A DNA stretch of 53,982 nt from Bacilli bacterium (GCA_036667875.1 JAVWTD010000004.1:1-53982), one strand, 5' to 3'; shown: positions 1-7,714, counted from the stretch's first letter. Notes: generated by a model from the letters alone, not told the origin. Numbers and translations: made by a program.

Positions 1-36
1 TTGTTTATAAAAATCATTAATTCTTCCATTAGCCAT
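1..36 (-). CDS. 5' end of an unidentified CDS running off the left edge (MANGRINDFYKQ...)
   Basis: ATG at 36-34, AAAGGA upstream, open to nt 1. The 13 nt around the start (GTGATTGATATGG) are identical to those at the start of the 195..989 gene, hinting at a paralogue. Confidence 0.3.
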   Translation of the reverse strand, partial: MANGRINDFYKQ

Positions 37-135
37 ATCAATCACGTATCCTTTATGTAATAATTATAATATATATATAAAATTAAATATAGTCTTATAT
101 TTTTTGAAAAATTGTAGTATTATTATTATAAAGCT

Positions 136-164
136 TAAAAAAGATAGACTTAATTATCTATCTT
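136..164 (-). terminator. Intrinsic terminator downstream of the XRE-type gene
   Basis: 8-bp stem AAGATAGA/TCTATCTT (141-148/157-164) with an 8-nt loop, followed on the minus strand by UUUUAAG. Confidence 0.5.
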
Positions 165-194
165 CTTGGCTGAACTGTAACATTTTTCACTCAT

Positions 195-989
195 TTACTG
201 AAAATTGGTAACTTTTCTTGATTGAATCTCTGCAATCTTTTCAAAAACTTCACCAACATTAGCATCATTTATTGTTGTGTATCCAAGTTCTTTTAACGCT
301 TGAACTTTAATAGTATTAATTTCTAAAGTTCTACTCATCTTTTCTTCAATTTTATGTTCTATTTGATTTACAAATCTTTTATGAGCTTCTGCAATTTTGT
401 CATTTGAAGTCTTGCCGCTTCCATAAAGTGACATTCCTGAAAACATAATTGATTCAAAAACAAATTGTCTTTCTTCGTTAAACATGAATTCCATTGGTTT
501 AACAAAACCAGTTACTTTAGCAAAATACCCAAGAACATATTTAAGTTCTTCAATATTATCTAGTGATTGCATAAAATTATACATATATTTAAAAGTATAA
601 TATGCATCCATATCATTTGAATCTTCTAGTCTTTCTTTTATTAAATCTATTATATTAATAAGTAGATCTTTTTGTTTTTTTCCTAATTGATTAAAAACTT
701 GCTTTTCACCGTTTATTGTAACTTTTTTTTCTTGAGAGTTTTCTATTAAACTATTTAATCTTGTTTCAACATCTAATATATAATCTGTATCTATTTTTAT
801 GTGGTTTAAATCCTCTGGAGATTTGATACCTAATAAGTTTAACAATAAAACCTTTTTATCTTTTGGCCACTTGTTTAAATCTTCTAATTCAAGATAATTA
901 TATATCATCTGTCTAGAAACTCCTAAAAATTTAGCTAATTTTACTTTAGAAATTCCTACCTCATGTAGTATGTCATTTAGTTTACCCAT
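195..989 (-). CDS. XRE-family helix-turn-helix protein with an uncharacterised ~200-aa C-terminal domain
   Basis: N-terminus GISKVKLAKFLGVSRQMIYNYL is a classic HTH_3/XRE motif. AGGAGG (1005-1000) lies 10 nt before the ATG at 989; the GTG at 998 in the ORF track is too close to the SD. Confidence 0.6.
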   Translation of the reverse strand: MGKLNDILHEVGISKVKLAKFLGVSRQMIYNYLELEDLNKWPKDKKVLLLNLLGIKSPEDLNHIKIDTDYILDVETRLNSLIENSQEKKVTINGEKQVFNQLGKKQKDLLINIIDLIKERLEDSNDMDAYYTFKYMYNFMQSLDNIEELKYVLGYFAKVTGFVKPMEFMFNEERQFVFESIMFSGMSLYGSGKTSNDKIAEAHKRFVNQIEHKIEEKMSRTLEINTIKVQALKELGYTTINDANVGEVFEKIAEIQSRKVTNFQ

Positions 990-1011
990 ATCAATCACAC
1001 CTCCTATTTTA

Positions 1012-1039
1012 ATTATACTATATTCATGTTTAATGTCAA
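1012..1039 (-). promoter_or_regulatory. Sigma-A-type promoter of the XRE-type gene (TTGACA-16-TATAAT)
   Basis: Minus-strand TTGACA = 1039-1034 and TATAAT = 1017-1012. The predicted transcript would start almost at the SD. The inverted repeat TGTAAA...TTTACA (1041-1061) abuts the -35. Confidence 0.55.
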
Positions 1040-1112
1040 GTGTAAAGTATACATTTTTACAATATTTATCTCCCCTTTTGTTACAAATTTAAAAGAGAAT
1101 ACTTAACAGTAG

Positions 1113-1140
1113 TAGACATTTTCAAAATTTGTAGTATAAT
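1113..1140 (+). promoter_or_regulatory. Possible plus-strand promoter (TAGACA-16-TATAAT) pointing at the bidirectional terminator
   Basis: TAGACA at 1113-1118 and TATAAT at 1135-1140. There is no ORF downstream before the terminator at 1217-1245. Confidence 0.3.
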
Positions 1141-1207
1141 GCGAAACAAAGTAGAAAGATTACCTTAAAAAGCGTAAGTCTTTTATTGCTACATTAACTC
1201 CATCTAT

Positions 1208-1245
1208 AAAAAAATTAAGGATTAAATAATATTAATCCTTTTTTG
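1208..1245. terminator. Bidirectional intrinsic terminator
   Basis: 9-bp stem AAGGATTAA/TTAATCCTT (1217-1225/1232-1240) with a 6-nt loop, an A-run on the left (1208-1214) and a T-run on the right (1239-1245). Confidence 0.65.
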
Positions 1246-1318
1246 CAAAATAAAAGAACCTCCCGAGTTAAGTTCCGGACAATCATACTATAAATGATCG
1301 CCACTCGTTTGGTTCTTT
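1208..1318 (-). ncRNA. Candidate small RNA: extended imperfect hairpin plus terminator, with its own promoter
   Basis: Nested stems AAAGAACC/GGTTCTTT (1253-1260/1311-1318), CGAGT/ACTCG and ATCAT/ATGAT form one ~66-nt hairpin. It follows a TTGCAA-16-TGcTATAAT promoter and precedes the 1217-1245 terminator. No family was recognised. Confidence 0.3.
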
Positions 1319-1322
1319 AAGT

Positions 1323-1350
1323 ATTATAGCACATTTTTCATAAATTGCAA
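1323..1350 (-). promoter_or_regulatory. Sigma-A-type promoter with extended -10 (TTGCAA-16-TGcTATAAT)
   Basis: Minus-strand TTGCAA = 1350-1345 and TGCTATAAT = 1331-1323. It lies just after the stop of the 1366..1887 gene. Confidence 0.45.
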
Positions 1351-1365
1351 CATTTATTTTACATT

Positions 1366-1887
1366 TTAGTAAAGGCTTACTCCAACACTTGCTAGTTCTT
1401 TAAAATTCTTAATCATTTCTTTTGAAATCTTGCCCGTTATTATTCCTGTTGGAATTGAAAATAATAACAACCAGGGAAGATAAAATATCATGTTCGTTGA
1501 CTTTATTAATACTATAGCTACTATGATTTGTCCTATACTATGAAATATTGACCCAACTATGCTAACCCCTATTAAAGATAAGGAAGAGAATCTTTTGATA
1601 ATATACATAGAAATAAGCGATAAGATAGCTCCTCCGAGCGAAAAGAAGAAAGACACACTAAATAGTCCAGTCCTTGTAATGCCTACTAGAATAACCCTTA
1701 AAATAGACACATACATTGCATCCTTAAATGAATAACAATATAGAATAAATAAGATTACAATATTCGCCAAACCTAGTTTTAGTCCTGGTATATATCCATT
1801 AAATAAAGGAATACATGTTTCTATTATATTTAATACTACTGATAAGGCTAAAAGTAAAGATAGCCTTGTAAATTTCTTCATTTCCAT
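1366..1887 (-). CDS. Gx transporter / heptaprenyl diphosphate synthase component I family membrane protein
   Basis: Polytopic 173-aa protein. N-terminal LALSVVLNIIETCIP...GLKLGLANIVILF resembles the Hpre_diP_synt_I family. It sits next to a NusG-II gene, as usual for this family. Confidence 0.65.
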   Translation of the reverse strand: MEMKKFTRLSLLLALSVVLNIIETCIPLFNGYIPGLKLGLANIVILFILYCYSFKDAMYVSILRVILVGITRTGLFSVSFFFSLGGAILSLISMYIIKRFSSLSLIGVSIVGSIFHSIGQIIVAIVLIKSTNMIFYLPWLLLFSIPTGIITGKISKEMIKNFKELASVGVSLY

Positions 1888-1890
1888 TTT

Positions 1891-2253
1891 TTACCTCGCT
1901 ACAACATCTAAGTCACTATTATTTTTTAATTTAATTACTATTTTATTCGGAAGACATACTATTTCTTCATAAGATTTTGTTATATAACCTTGTTTACTGC
2001 ATAGGTGTAGTGGAGATTTTTCTGTTTTTACTTTTATTTTTCCATTACCTGCTATTATTCTTACTACTCCATTATAACCATCTACTTTATATTCTTTTTC
2101 TTTTCCATTTAAATCAATTGTTTTTATTAATTTATCTTCATAATAAACATAAGCACTGGAAATATCTTTATCTTCAGTAAGATTTAGAAAGGTAAATAAT
2201 AATGTTGTTACTAGTAAAATAAAAAGAATTAAAATTTTATCTTGTTTATTCAT
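1891..2253 (-). CDS. NusG domain II-containing (DUF1312) membrane-anchored protein
   Basis: N-terminal TM helix followed by a small beta-rich domain (VYYEDKLIKTIDL...GKIKV). The ATG at 2253 (MNKQDK) is preferred; a GTG at 2268 is the alternative. Confidence 0.55.
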   Translation of the reverse strand: MNKQDKILILFILLVTTLLFTFLNLTEDKDISSAYVYYEDKLIKTIDLNGKEKEYKVDGYNGVVRIIAGNGKIKVKTEKSPLHLCSKQGYITKSYEEIVCLPNKIVIKLKNNSDLDVVAR

Positions 2254-3187
2254 ATTTAGAGTACCCACTACTTTTTAGTATCTGATCTTTATTTATGTAA
2301 ATTATAGCTTCTGTGTTTGGAATGGTCTCAATCAAAGATATTGCTTTATTTGGTTCCATTAGAAATAGAGTTGTTGACAATATGTCTGCTAATCCAGAAT
2401 CATTTGAAACAATAGTAACTGACAACATATTTGTTGCAGGATATTTAGTAAACGGATCTATAATGTGATGGTAATTTACACCATCAACTTGAAAGAATCT
2501 TTCATATCCCCCACTTGTTACAACACTAATGTTTTCACCCTTTACAACGCTATACACTTTTGTTTTATCAGTTGGATCTTCTATTCCAATTTTATAGTAA
2601 CCTCTGCTTTCATTTTCCCCTGCTAGAATATTTCCTCCAGCATTTATTAAATAATATTTAATATTGTTCTTTTTAAAATAGTCTGCTACTTTTTGGGTTG
2701 TAAATCCTTTAGCTATAGCTCCTAAATCTAAATTATTAGAATAAACCTTTTTATTTCTTAATTCTATTTTTTTAATTTCTATATTTAATTCTTCTGGTGT
2801 TGGTAATTTCCCATCGTTTTCTTTATGGTTTTTCCAAACATCTATTAAGTTACCCATGTTTATATTGAATAGTCCATCGCTTTTGTCATACCACGTTGAA
2901 CCAAGTTCTAACATTTCATATAATTCATCACTTACTTGATGAGTAAGATTTGCATTTATTTTAGATACTTCACTGTCTAAATCATATTTATTTGTTATTT
3001 TTTGATATTTTTCATATATTTTTGATGCTCCATCAAGTATTTTTTTGGCTTGTTTTGGATTATTCATATAGACTTTTATATTTATATAGGTATCCATAAA
3101 AAATAGGTTTTTATTATATTCTTTTAACTGTGTACACCCGGTTAGAAGAAGAACTAAAGTTGTTATTAAAATTATGTATTTTTTCAT
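2246..3187 (-). CDS. apbE: FAD:protein FMN transferase (ApbE family) lipoprotein
   Basis: Motifs GAIAKGF and SGGYERFF...YHHIIDP. The start at 3187 gives MKKYIILITTLVLLLTGC with a lipobox. The longer ORF-track start would overlap the upstream gene. Confidence 0.85.
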   Translation of the reverse strand: MKKYIILITTLVLLLTGCTQLKEYNKNLFFMDTYINIKVYMNNPKQAKKILDGASKIYEKYQKITNKYDLDSEVSKINANLTHQVSDELYEMLELGSTWYDKSDGLFNINMGNLIDVWKNHKENDGKLPTPEELNIEIKKIELRNKKVYSNNLDLGAIAKGFTTQKVADYFKKNNIKYYLINAGGNILAGENESRGYYKIGIEDPTDKTKVYSVVKGENISVVTSGGYERFFQVDGVNYHHIIDPFTKYPATNMLSVTIVSNDSGLADILSTTLFLMEPNKAISLIETIPNTEAIIYINKDQILKSSGYSKYE

Positions 3188-3242
3188 TCTATCACCATAA
3201 ATATTATAGCATGTATTTTTAATTTTATAAACAAAAAAAGAG

Positions 3243-3467
3243 TTAGACGTTTGTAAGTATAACATCTTCTCCTATTTTTTCTATTTTGTTCCATTTTATT
3301 ACTACTTCATCTTTTGATGTGAATCTTGATATTATGAATTTACTTTTTTCAACCACTATTGATTCTATTTGCCCGTTATTATCTATTATAATATCAATTA
3401 TTTCCCCAATGTAACCTCCCGTAGCTGAGTTTACAATTCTTTTGTTTTGGAGTTCTGAAAGTCTCAA
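3243..3467 (-). CDS. YlmC/YmxH-family sporulation protein (PRC barrel)
   Basis: (M)RLSELQNKRIV...VIKWNKIEKIGEDVIL matches YmxH/YlmC end to end. A TTG start at 3467 lies 5 nt after AGGTGA; the GTG at 3476 overlaps the SD. Confidence 0.75.
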   Translation of the reverse strand: MRLSELQNKRIVNSATGGYIGEIIDIIIDNNGQIESIVVEKSKFIISRFTSKDEVVIKWNKIEKIGEDVILTNV

Positions 3468-3517
3468 ATTAATCACCTATTTAAGTATATTCAAATTTTT
3501 TCATATTATAAGATATA

Positions 3518-4294
3518 TTAAAGAATTTGTTTTTTTATTGATTCAATTCCACTTTTTTCTAGTCTTGAAATTTGGGCTTGTGAAATTGAAAGTTCTGTTG
3601 AAAGTTCCATTTGTGTTTTACCGAATATATATCTTTCTAGGAGTATATATTTTTCTTTTTCTTTGATATGTTTTAATGCTTCTTTTAATGAAATTTTTGT
3701 TTCAATATCAAATAGTTTATCTTTTTTGTCTTCTAGTTGGTCACAAAGATATATTGTATCAGAACCATCATTATAGATTGGTTCAAACATGGAGAGTGTT
3801 TCTTTCATTGAATCAATGGCATTTGCAAGTTCAAATTCGGTTATTCCAAGTGATATTGCAAGTTCCATTTTTGATGGTTCTTTTCCTGTTTGCATGATTA
3901 GTTCTTCTTTTTTTCTTAAAATTTGATATGATAAATCTTTAACACTTCTTGAAACACGATAACTAGTGTTGTCTCTTAGATATCTTTTTATTTCTCCTAG
4001 AATCATTGGAACAGCGTATGTCGAAAATTTTACTTCGTGTTTTAAGTCGAAATTATCGATTGCTTTTATAAGCCCTATACACCCTACTTGGAATAAGTCA
4101 TCCATATTATCACATCTGTTCATATACTTTCTTAAGATGGATAAGACAAGCTTTAGATTACCATTTACGAGGTCATCTTTGGCAAATATATCTCCTTTTT
4201 TTAATTTTATGAATAGGTCTATCATTTCATTGTTTGTTAATACTTTTATGTTTGATGTATTAACATTTGATATTTCGACTTTGTGTCTAGCCAT
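3518..4294 (-). CDS. sigG: RNA polymerase sporulation sigma factor sigma-G
   Basis: Near-collinear with B. subtilis SigG: KVEI...LVNGNLKLVLSI...DDLFQVGCIGLIKAIDNFDL..VKFSTYAVPMILGEIKRYLRDN...FEPIYNDG...GKTQMEL...ISQAQISRLEK. Confidence 0.85.
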   Translation of the reverse strand: MARHKVEISNVNTSNIKVLTNNEMIDLFIKLKKGDIFAKDDLVNGNLKLVLSILRKYMNRCDNMDDLFQVGCIGLIKAIDNFDLKHEVKFSTYAVPMILGEIKRYLRDNTSYRVSRSVKDLSYQILRKKEELIMQTGKEPSKMELAISLGITEFELANAIDSMKETLSMFEPIYNDGSDTIYLCDQLEDKKDKLFDIETKISLKEALKHIKEKEKYILLERYIFGKTQMELSTELSISQAQISRLEKSGIESIKKQIL

Positions 4295-4300
4295 AATAAA

Positions 4301-4337
4301 AATCCCCTTTCATATCAATAATGATACTTTGGGGATT
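4301..4337 (-). promoter_or_regulatory. Hairpin whose 3' arm contains the sigG Shine-Dalgarno; also acts as a terminator-like element after the upstream gene
   Basis: Minus-strand RNA AAUCCCC-(23 nt)-GGGGAUU followed by UUUUAUU-AUG. The SD AAAGGGGA lies inside the 3' arm. Confidence 0.5.
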
Positions 4338-4346
4338 ATTTTATTC
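4317..4346 (-). promoter_or_regulatory. Possible forespore-type (sigma-F/G-like) promoter inside the hairpin: GAATA-18-CATTATT
   Basis: Minus-strand GAATA = 4346-4342 and CATTATT = 4323-4317. It resembles my recollection of the sigma-G consensus GHATR-N17/18-CATxHTA, with one mismatch in the -10. Confidence 0.3.
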
Positions 4347-5339
4347 ACTTTTTATATTAAAAGTAATTCCTCCGATTATAACTGGCATTATATAAGTAAT
4401 AAAACGCCATAAAATGAGAGATGATGACAATGGAGAACCTTTAATAAAAGAACCTATTACTTTTATATAGGCATATTCCATTCCTCCGGTTCCTCCTGGA
4501 ATTGGCACATAAGACCCTGCTAGGAAGATAAATGTCCCTGCCACTATAATTCCTATGATATTACTACTAATTGTAATACTTAGGGCTTTAAATATGAATA
4601 TGAGGACTAGGAAATTAAGAATCAATGCTATAAACTGATAAAGGATTCCTTTTAAAACTAATATATGATTTTTACGAAGATTATAAAAACCATTATAAAA
4701 GTCATTACAAGTAATTTCTAGTTTTTCAATTAGTTTGTCTTTTTCTTTTATTATTTTTAATTTATGTAATAATTTTGTTGTTTTAAAAACTATTGCTTTA
4801 TTTATTTTTTTATTGAATCCAACAATATATGCGAATATTAATAAGAATAAATTAAGTAAAAAACCTAATAAAATCATTTTACTAATAAAAGAAGATAATG
4901 TGACTAGTTTAAAGATTAAATTAACAACATAACAAATAACACTTAATATTATTAATGCTATTTGATAAAGTAAAAAGTTTTCTACTATTATGTTTGTTCC
5001 ATTACTTACTTTTATATCATCTTTGGTAAGTTCATATACTTGAAGTGGTTGTCCTCCACTTGCAAGTGGAGTTATTCCGTTAAAGAATTTTGTTATAGTA
5101 TTTAATCTAAATGATTTTCTAAATGTATATTTTGGTTTATATTGTCTTATTAATGTTTGAAGAACTTTAGTTTCAATAATAAATCCAATATAATAAAGAA
5201 TAACTGAGCATATTAACCAAAATAAGTTTACATTTTTTAAAGTATTTATTATATTGTTATATTCAGGTGCTATAATAAAACCCATCATACCAAGTGACAA
5301 CAACAATACTATAATACTTTTAAATTTTATGTTTTTCAT
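4341..5339 (-). CDS. Flippase-like / lysylphosphatidylglycerol-synthase TM-region family (UPF0104) membrane protein
   Basis: About 8 TM helices and the family-typical PIPGGTGGMEYAY motif near the C-terminus. GGGAGTGA lies before the ATG at 5339. Confidence 0.6.
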   Translation of the reverse strand: MKNIKFKSIIVLLLSLGMMGFIIAPEYNNIINTLKNVNLFWLICSVILYYIGFIIETKVLQTLIRQYKPKYTFRKSFRLNTITKFFNGITPLASGGQPLQVYELTKDDIKVSNGTNIIVENFLLYQIALIILSVICYVVNLIFKLVTLSSFISKMILLGFLLNLFLLIFAYIVGFNKKINKAIVFKTTKLLHKLKIIKEKDKLIEKLEITCNDFYNGFYNLRKNHILVLKGILYQFIALILNFLVLIFIFKALSITISSNIIGIIVAGTFIFLAGSYVPIPGGTGGMEYAYIKVIGSFIKGSPLSSSLILWRFITYIMPVIIGGITFNIKSE

Positions 5340-5382
5340 ATATTTCACTCCCACTTTCTCTATTATATCATTTCTTATAATT

Positions 5383-5410
5383 TAGTATATTACAAATATG
5401 TAATATACTA
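5383..5410. repeat. Perfect 12-bp-arm palindrome (TAGTATATTACA-AATA-TGTAATATACTA)
   Basis: Read directly from the sequence. It lies between the GT2 stop (5417) and the flippase-like start (5339). No U-run follows it on the minus strand. Confidence 0.8.
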
Positions 5411-5416
5411 GGAATA

Positions 5417-6097
5417 TTATTTTTTATTAGAAAACATTATTTTATATATACGAATGGAATCCTTTAATGGTTTAAAATGACTCATCCCTTTTTCTTTATT
5501 ATATATTGTATTTATAAATTCAAATTGGAAATCCATTTGGTGTTTAATCAAGTAAATAAGAGCTTCAAGTTCAAATTCAAACCCATCTGATTTAAGATTT
5601 TTAATTAAATCTACTGCTTTTTTGGAATAAATTCTAAGTCCTGTTTGGGTATCAGGAATATATACTTTATAGAGTTTTTTAAAAATATAGGCTGATAATT
5701 TATTTGCTTTCTTTCTTAAAACGGGAACACCTTTTTTGTCAAAATCTCTTGTTCCTATAATAGTATAGTTTTCTGTTGGAACAAATGAATCTACGAGTTT
5801 TAGAATTGATTCTATGTCGTGTTGTCCATCATCATCTATAGTTAATATTCCTCTATAGTCTTTATAGTTTTCTTCGATATAAGCAAATCCTGTTTTTAAT
5901 GCTTTTCCTTTTCCACTATTTTTTCTATGTGTTAAAATAGTATGGTTTATCTCTTTAAATATTTTTTTTTGTTCTATGTCTGATCCGTCATTTACAATTA
6001 CTATATCAGTAAGGTTATTTTTTTCTAAATTTTCTATTACTTCAAGTAGTTTTCTAGTTGGGTTTAGTGTTGGAATTAAAACAATTAAATTTTTCAC
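5417..6097 (-). CDS. Family 2 glycosyltransferase (polyprenyl-phosphate sugar transferase-like)
   Basis: LIPTLNP...IVIVNDGSD...DDDGQH motifs are typical of GT2/DPM1-like enzymes. Confidence 0.7.
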   Translation of the reverse strand: MKNLIVLIPTLNPTRKLLEVIENLEKNNLTDIVIVNDGSDIEQKKIFKEINHTILTHRKNSGKGKALKTGFAYIEENYKDYRGILTIDDDGQHDIESILKLVDSFVPTENYTIIGTRDFDKKGVPVLRKKANKLSAYIFKKLYKVYIPDTQTGLRIYSKKAVDLIKNLKSDGFEFELEALIYLIKHQMDFQFEFINTIYNKEKGMSHFKPLKDSIRIYKIMFSNKK

Positions 6098-6522
6098 ATT
6101 ATTACTCCTTCAATACTTTTAATTAGTTTGTCTTCGTCTTCTTTTGTTCTTTTCTTTATTCCTTTTGATCTGTTTTTCAGTTTTCTTTCCATGGCATTAA
6201 GATGTTTTTCATAATTTAGTTGGTCAATATTTTCATTTGTAAATATAAGCCCTTTTGGGCTTATTGGTATTGCTCCTAACGCTAGTGCAATTGTTGCTAG
6301 TCCAAAATCTTGTGTAATTAAAATGTCTCCATTTTTTAAAATGTTTGCAATTTTCATATCAACACTTTGAAATCCTTTTGATACTGTAATTATTTTGGCG
6401 TAGTTATTTTCTATTTTATGGGTATCATCTAAATATAGTTCTAATTCAATATTGTAATTTATAGCCAAGGAAGTTATTGCTTTAATGCTTGGACACGCAT
6501 CAGCGTCTACTATTATTTTCAT
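6094..6522 (-). CDS. YaiI/YqxD family protein (UPF0178/DUF188)
   Basis: MKIIVDADACP... N-terminus and size are characteristic. There is a 4-nt overlap with the downstream GT2 gene. Confidence 0.7.
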   Translation of the reverse strand: MKIIVDADACPSIKAITSLAINYNIELELYLDDTHKIENNYAKIITVSKGFQSVDMKIANILKNGDILITQDFGLATIALALGAIPISPKGLIFTNENIDQLNYEKHLNAMERKLKNRSKGIKKRTKEDEDKLIKSIEGVIM

Positions 6523-6526
6523 ATTT

Positions 6527-7642
6527 TTACCTTTTTAATTTTTTAGAATATCCATTAATATTATATAATAAATTTTCTTCTAAAAAATCAATCTTTTCTA
6601 TAGATTCTTTTAATTCTTCTCTAAAATAATATATAGGATAATTATTTATTAAGTATTTTTTAATTTCTCTTAATCTATTTAGAGAATCATCTATTAAATT
6701 TGTTGTTGTACTTTCTATTTTATCTTTTTTAATTTTGTTTATATCAAGTAGTTTAATATCGTAATCTTTAGTAATATTTATGCTTGCTAAGCGAGTTGCA
6801 TTATTAAACATTATGGAGTCAATTAGTGTTCTTATACTACTACCTTTAAATTGATGGTTTAATAGATTTACTTTATAATAATAAAGCAAGTTAACAGTAG
6901 ATTTAATCATATTAAACGATTGTAATTCTAATAGTGATTTAAATAATTTAGTTTGATTAGTTATATCTTTTTTTGTTATTTTTAAGTCTATAAATTTAAT
7001 TATTTGTTCTTTTTTTAATGTTGGTTCATTTTTTTTGATTAATTTTATTTTATCAATTTTTTGAATAGCCTTTTTATTAATAATTATATTTGATTTATTT
7101 TTAACTTCTTTAGTTTTAGATGTCTGATTATTTAATATTTCTTTTTCTACGATTTTTTGTAATGTTTCTTTATCAATGATTTTTAAATCTTGGTAGTCAT
7201 TTAATATTCCTTTTTTTACAAGTTTTAAGTTGTGATAGTTATTTATATTTCTTTTTTTAAAGTTTTTTATATTTTTTTGTAATTTTGCTTTTTTTGAATT
7301 TTTTTGTAATTTTTCTTTTTTAACAGTTTTTGAATTTTTTGTTATATGGTTTGGAATTAATACCGAGTTTTTTTTGAAAGGAATATTTTTATTTTTTAGG
7401 GGTATATCTATTTTATTATTTCTTTTTTTGATTAATTCTCTTTTTTTAAGTTTGAGTGTTTCTTCTCTTTTTACTAGATTATTATATTTGCTTTTTAAAC
7501 TTTTTATGTTTATTTTAACCTTATCTTGTTTTTTATTTGGAACAAAAAAGGATATGATGAATGTTAAAAAAAAGAAAAGTAAACATAGTGGTTTTCTAAA
7601 CAATCTTATGTATATTAGTTCTTCTTCTTTTTTCTTTTTCAT
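6527..7642 (-). CDS. Lysine-rich low-complexity protein with one N-terminal TM helix (hypothetical)
   Basis: 371-aa ORF with TM segment LCLLFFFLTFIISFFV and tandem KLQKN repeats. It is tightly linked (4-nt gap) to yaiI. Confidence 0.45.
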   Translation of the reverse strand: MKKKKEEELIYIRLFRKPLCLLFFFLTFIISFFVPNKKQDKVKINIKSLKSKYNNLVKREETLKLKKRELIKKRNNKIDIPLKNKNIPFKKNSVLIPNHITKNSKTVKKEKLQKNSKKAKLQKNIKNFKKRNINNYHNLKLVKKGILNDYQDLKIIDKETLQKIVEKEILNNQTSKTKEVKNKSNIIINKKAIQKIDKIKLIKKNEPTLKKEQIIKFIDLKITKKDITNQTKLFKSLLELQSFNMIKSTVNLLYYYKVNLLNHQFKGSSIRTLIDSIMFNNATRLASINITKDYDIKLLDINKIKKDKIESTTTNLIDDSLNRLREIKKYLINNYPIYYFREELKESIEKIDFLEENLLYNINGYSKKLKR

Positions 7643-7676
7643 AAATTACACCTCTTTTGCCAACTGCTCAGTTAAT

Positions 7677-7685
7677 ATTATACCA
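7677..7685 (-). promoter_or_regulatory. Extended -10 element TGgTATAAT upstream of the Lys-rich gene
   Basis: Minus-strand TGGTATAAT lies immediately after the terminator U-run. Confidence 0.35.
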
Positions 7686-7714
7686 CAAAAAAAATAACAA
7701 TTTAATGTTATTTT
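7686..7714 (-). terminator. Intrinsic terminator after the LRR gene
   Basis: 9-bp stem AAAATAACA/TGTTATTTT (7691-7699/7706-7714) followed by a U-run on the minus strand. The stop codon lies inside the stem. Confidence 0.6.

Noticed and set aside
98-130. Plus-strand promoter-like TTGAAA-17-TATAAA that shares the string AAATTGTAGTAT with 1125-1138 and could drive an RNA antisense to the XRE-type gene.
   Set aside because: The match is weak and rests on AT-rich hexamers only, with no terminator or structure to define a product. The evidence is too thin to report as a feature.
1208-1290. Type I toxin ORF on the candidate minus-strand sRNA (23 aa, MIVRNLTREVLLFCKKGLILFNP).
   Set aside because: No Shine-Dalgarno sequence precedes the ATG, the peptide lacks a clear transmembrane helix, and the ORF runs through the terminator stem.
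1253-1318. Small SRP (4.5S-like) RNA, suggested by a long hairpin containing GUCCGGAA.
   Set aside because: GGAA is not positioned as a closed tetraloop. The conserved domain IV symmetric and asymmetric loops (AGCA/GGA arrangement) are absent.
3188-3265. N-terminal extension of the apbE ORF (MLYLQTSNSFFVYKIKNTCYNIYGDR) overlapping the ymxH-like gene.
   Set aside because: The internal ATG at 3187 gives a canonical lipoprotein signal peptide. The extension has no SD and overlaps the upstream CDS.
6527-7642. Whether the Lys-rich 371-aa ORF is just a chance open frame in A/T-rich DNA.
   Set aside because: It was kept as a low-confidence CDS. It has a TM helix, its own extended -10 after a terminator, and a 4-nt spacing to yaiI. 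The internal KLQKN tandem repeat (about 7250-7330) was not judged interesting in itself.
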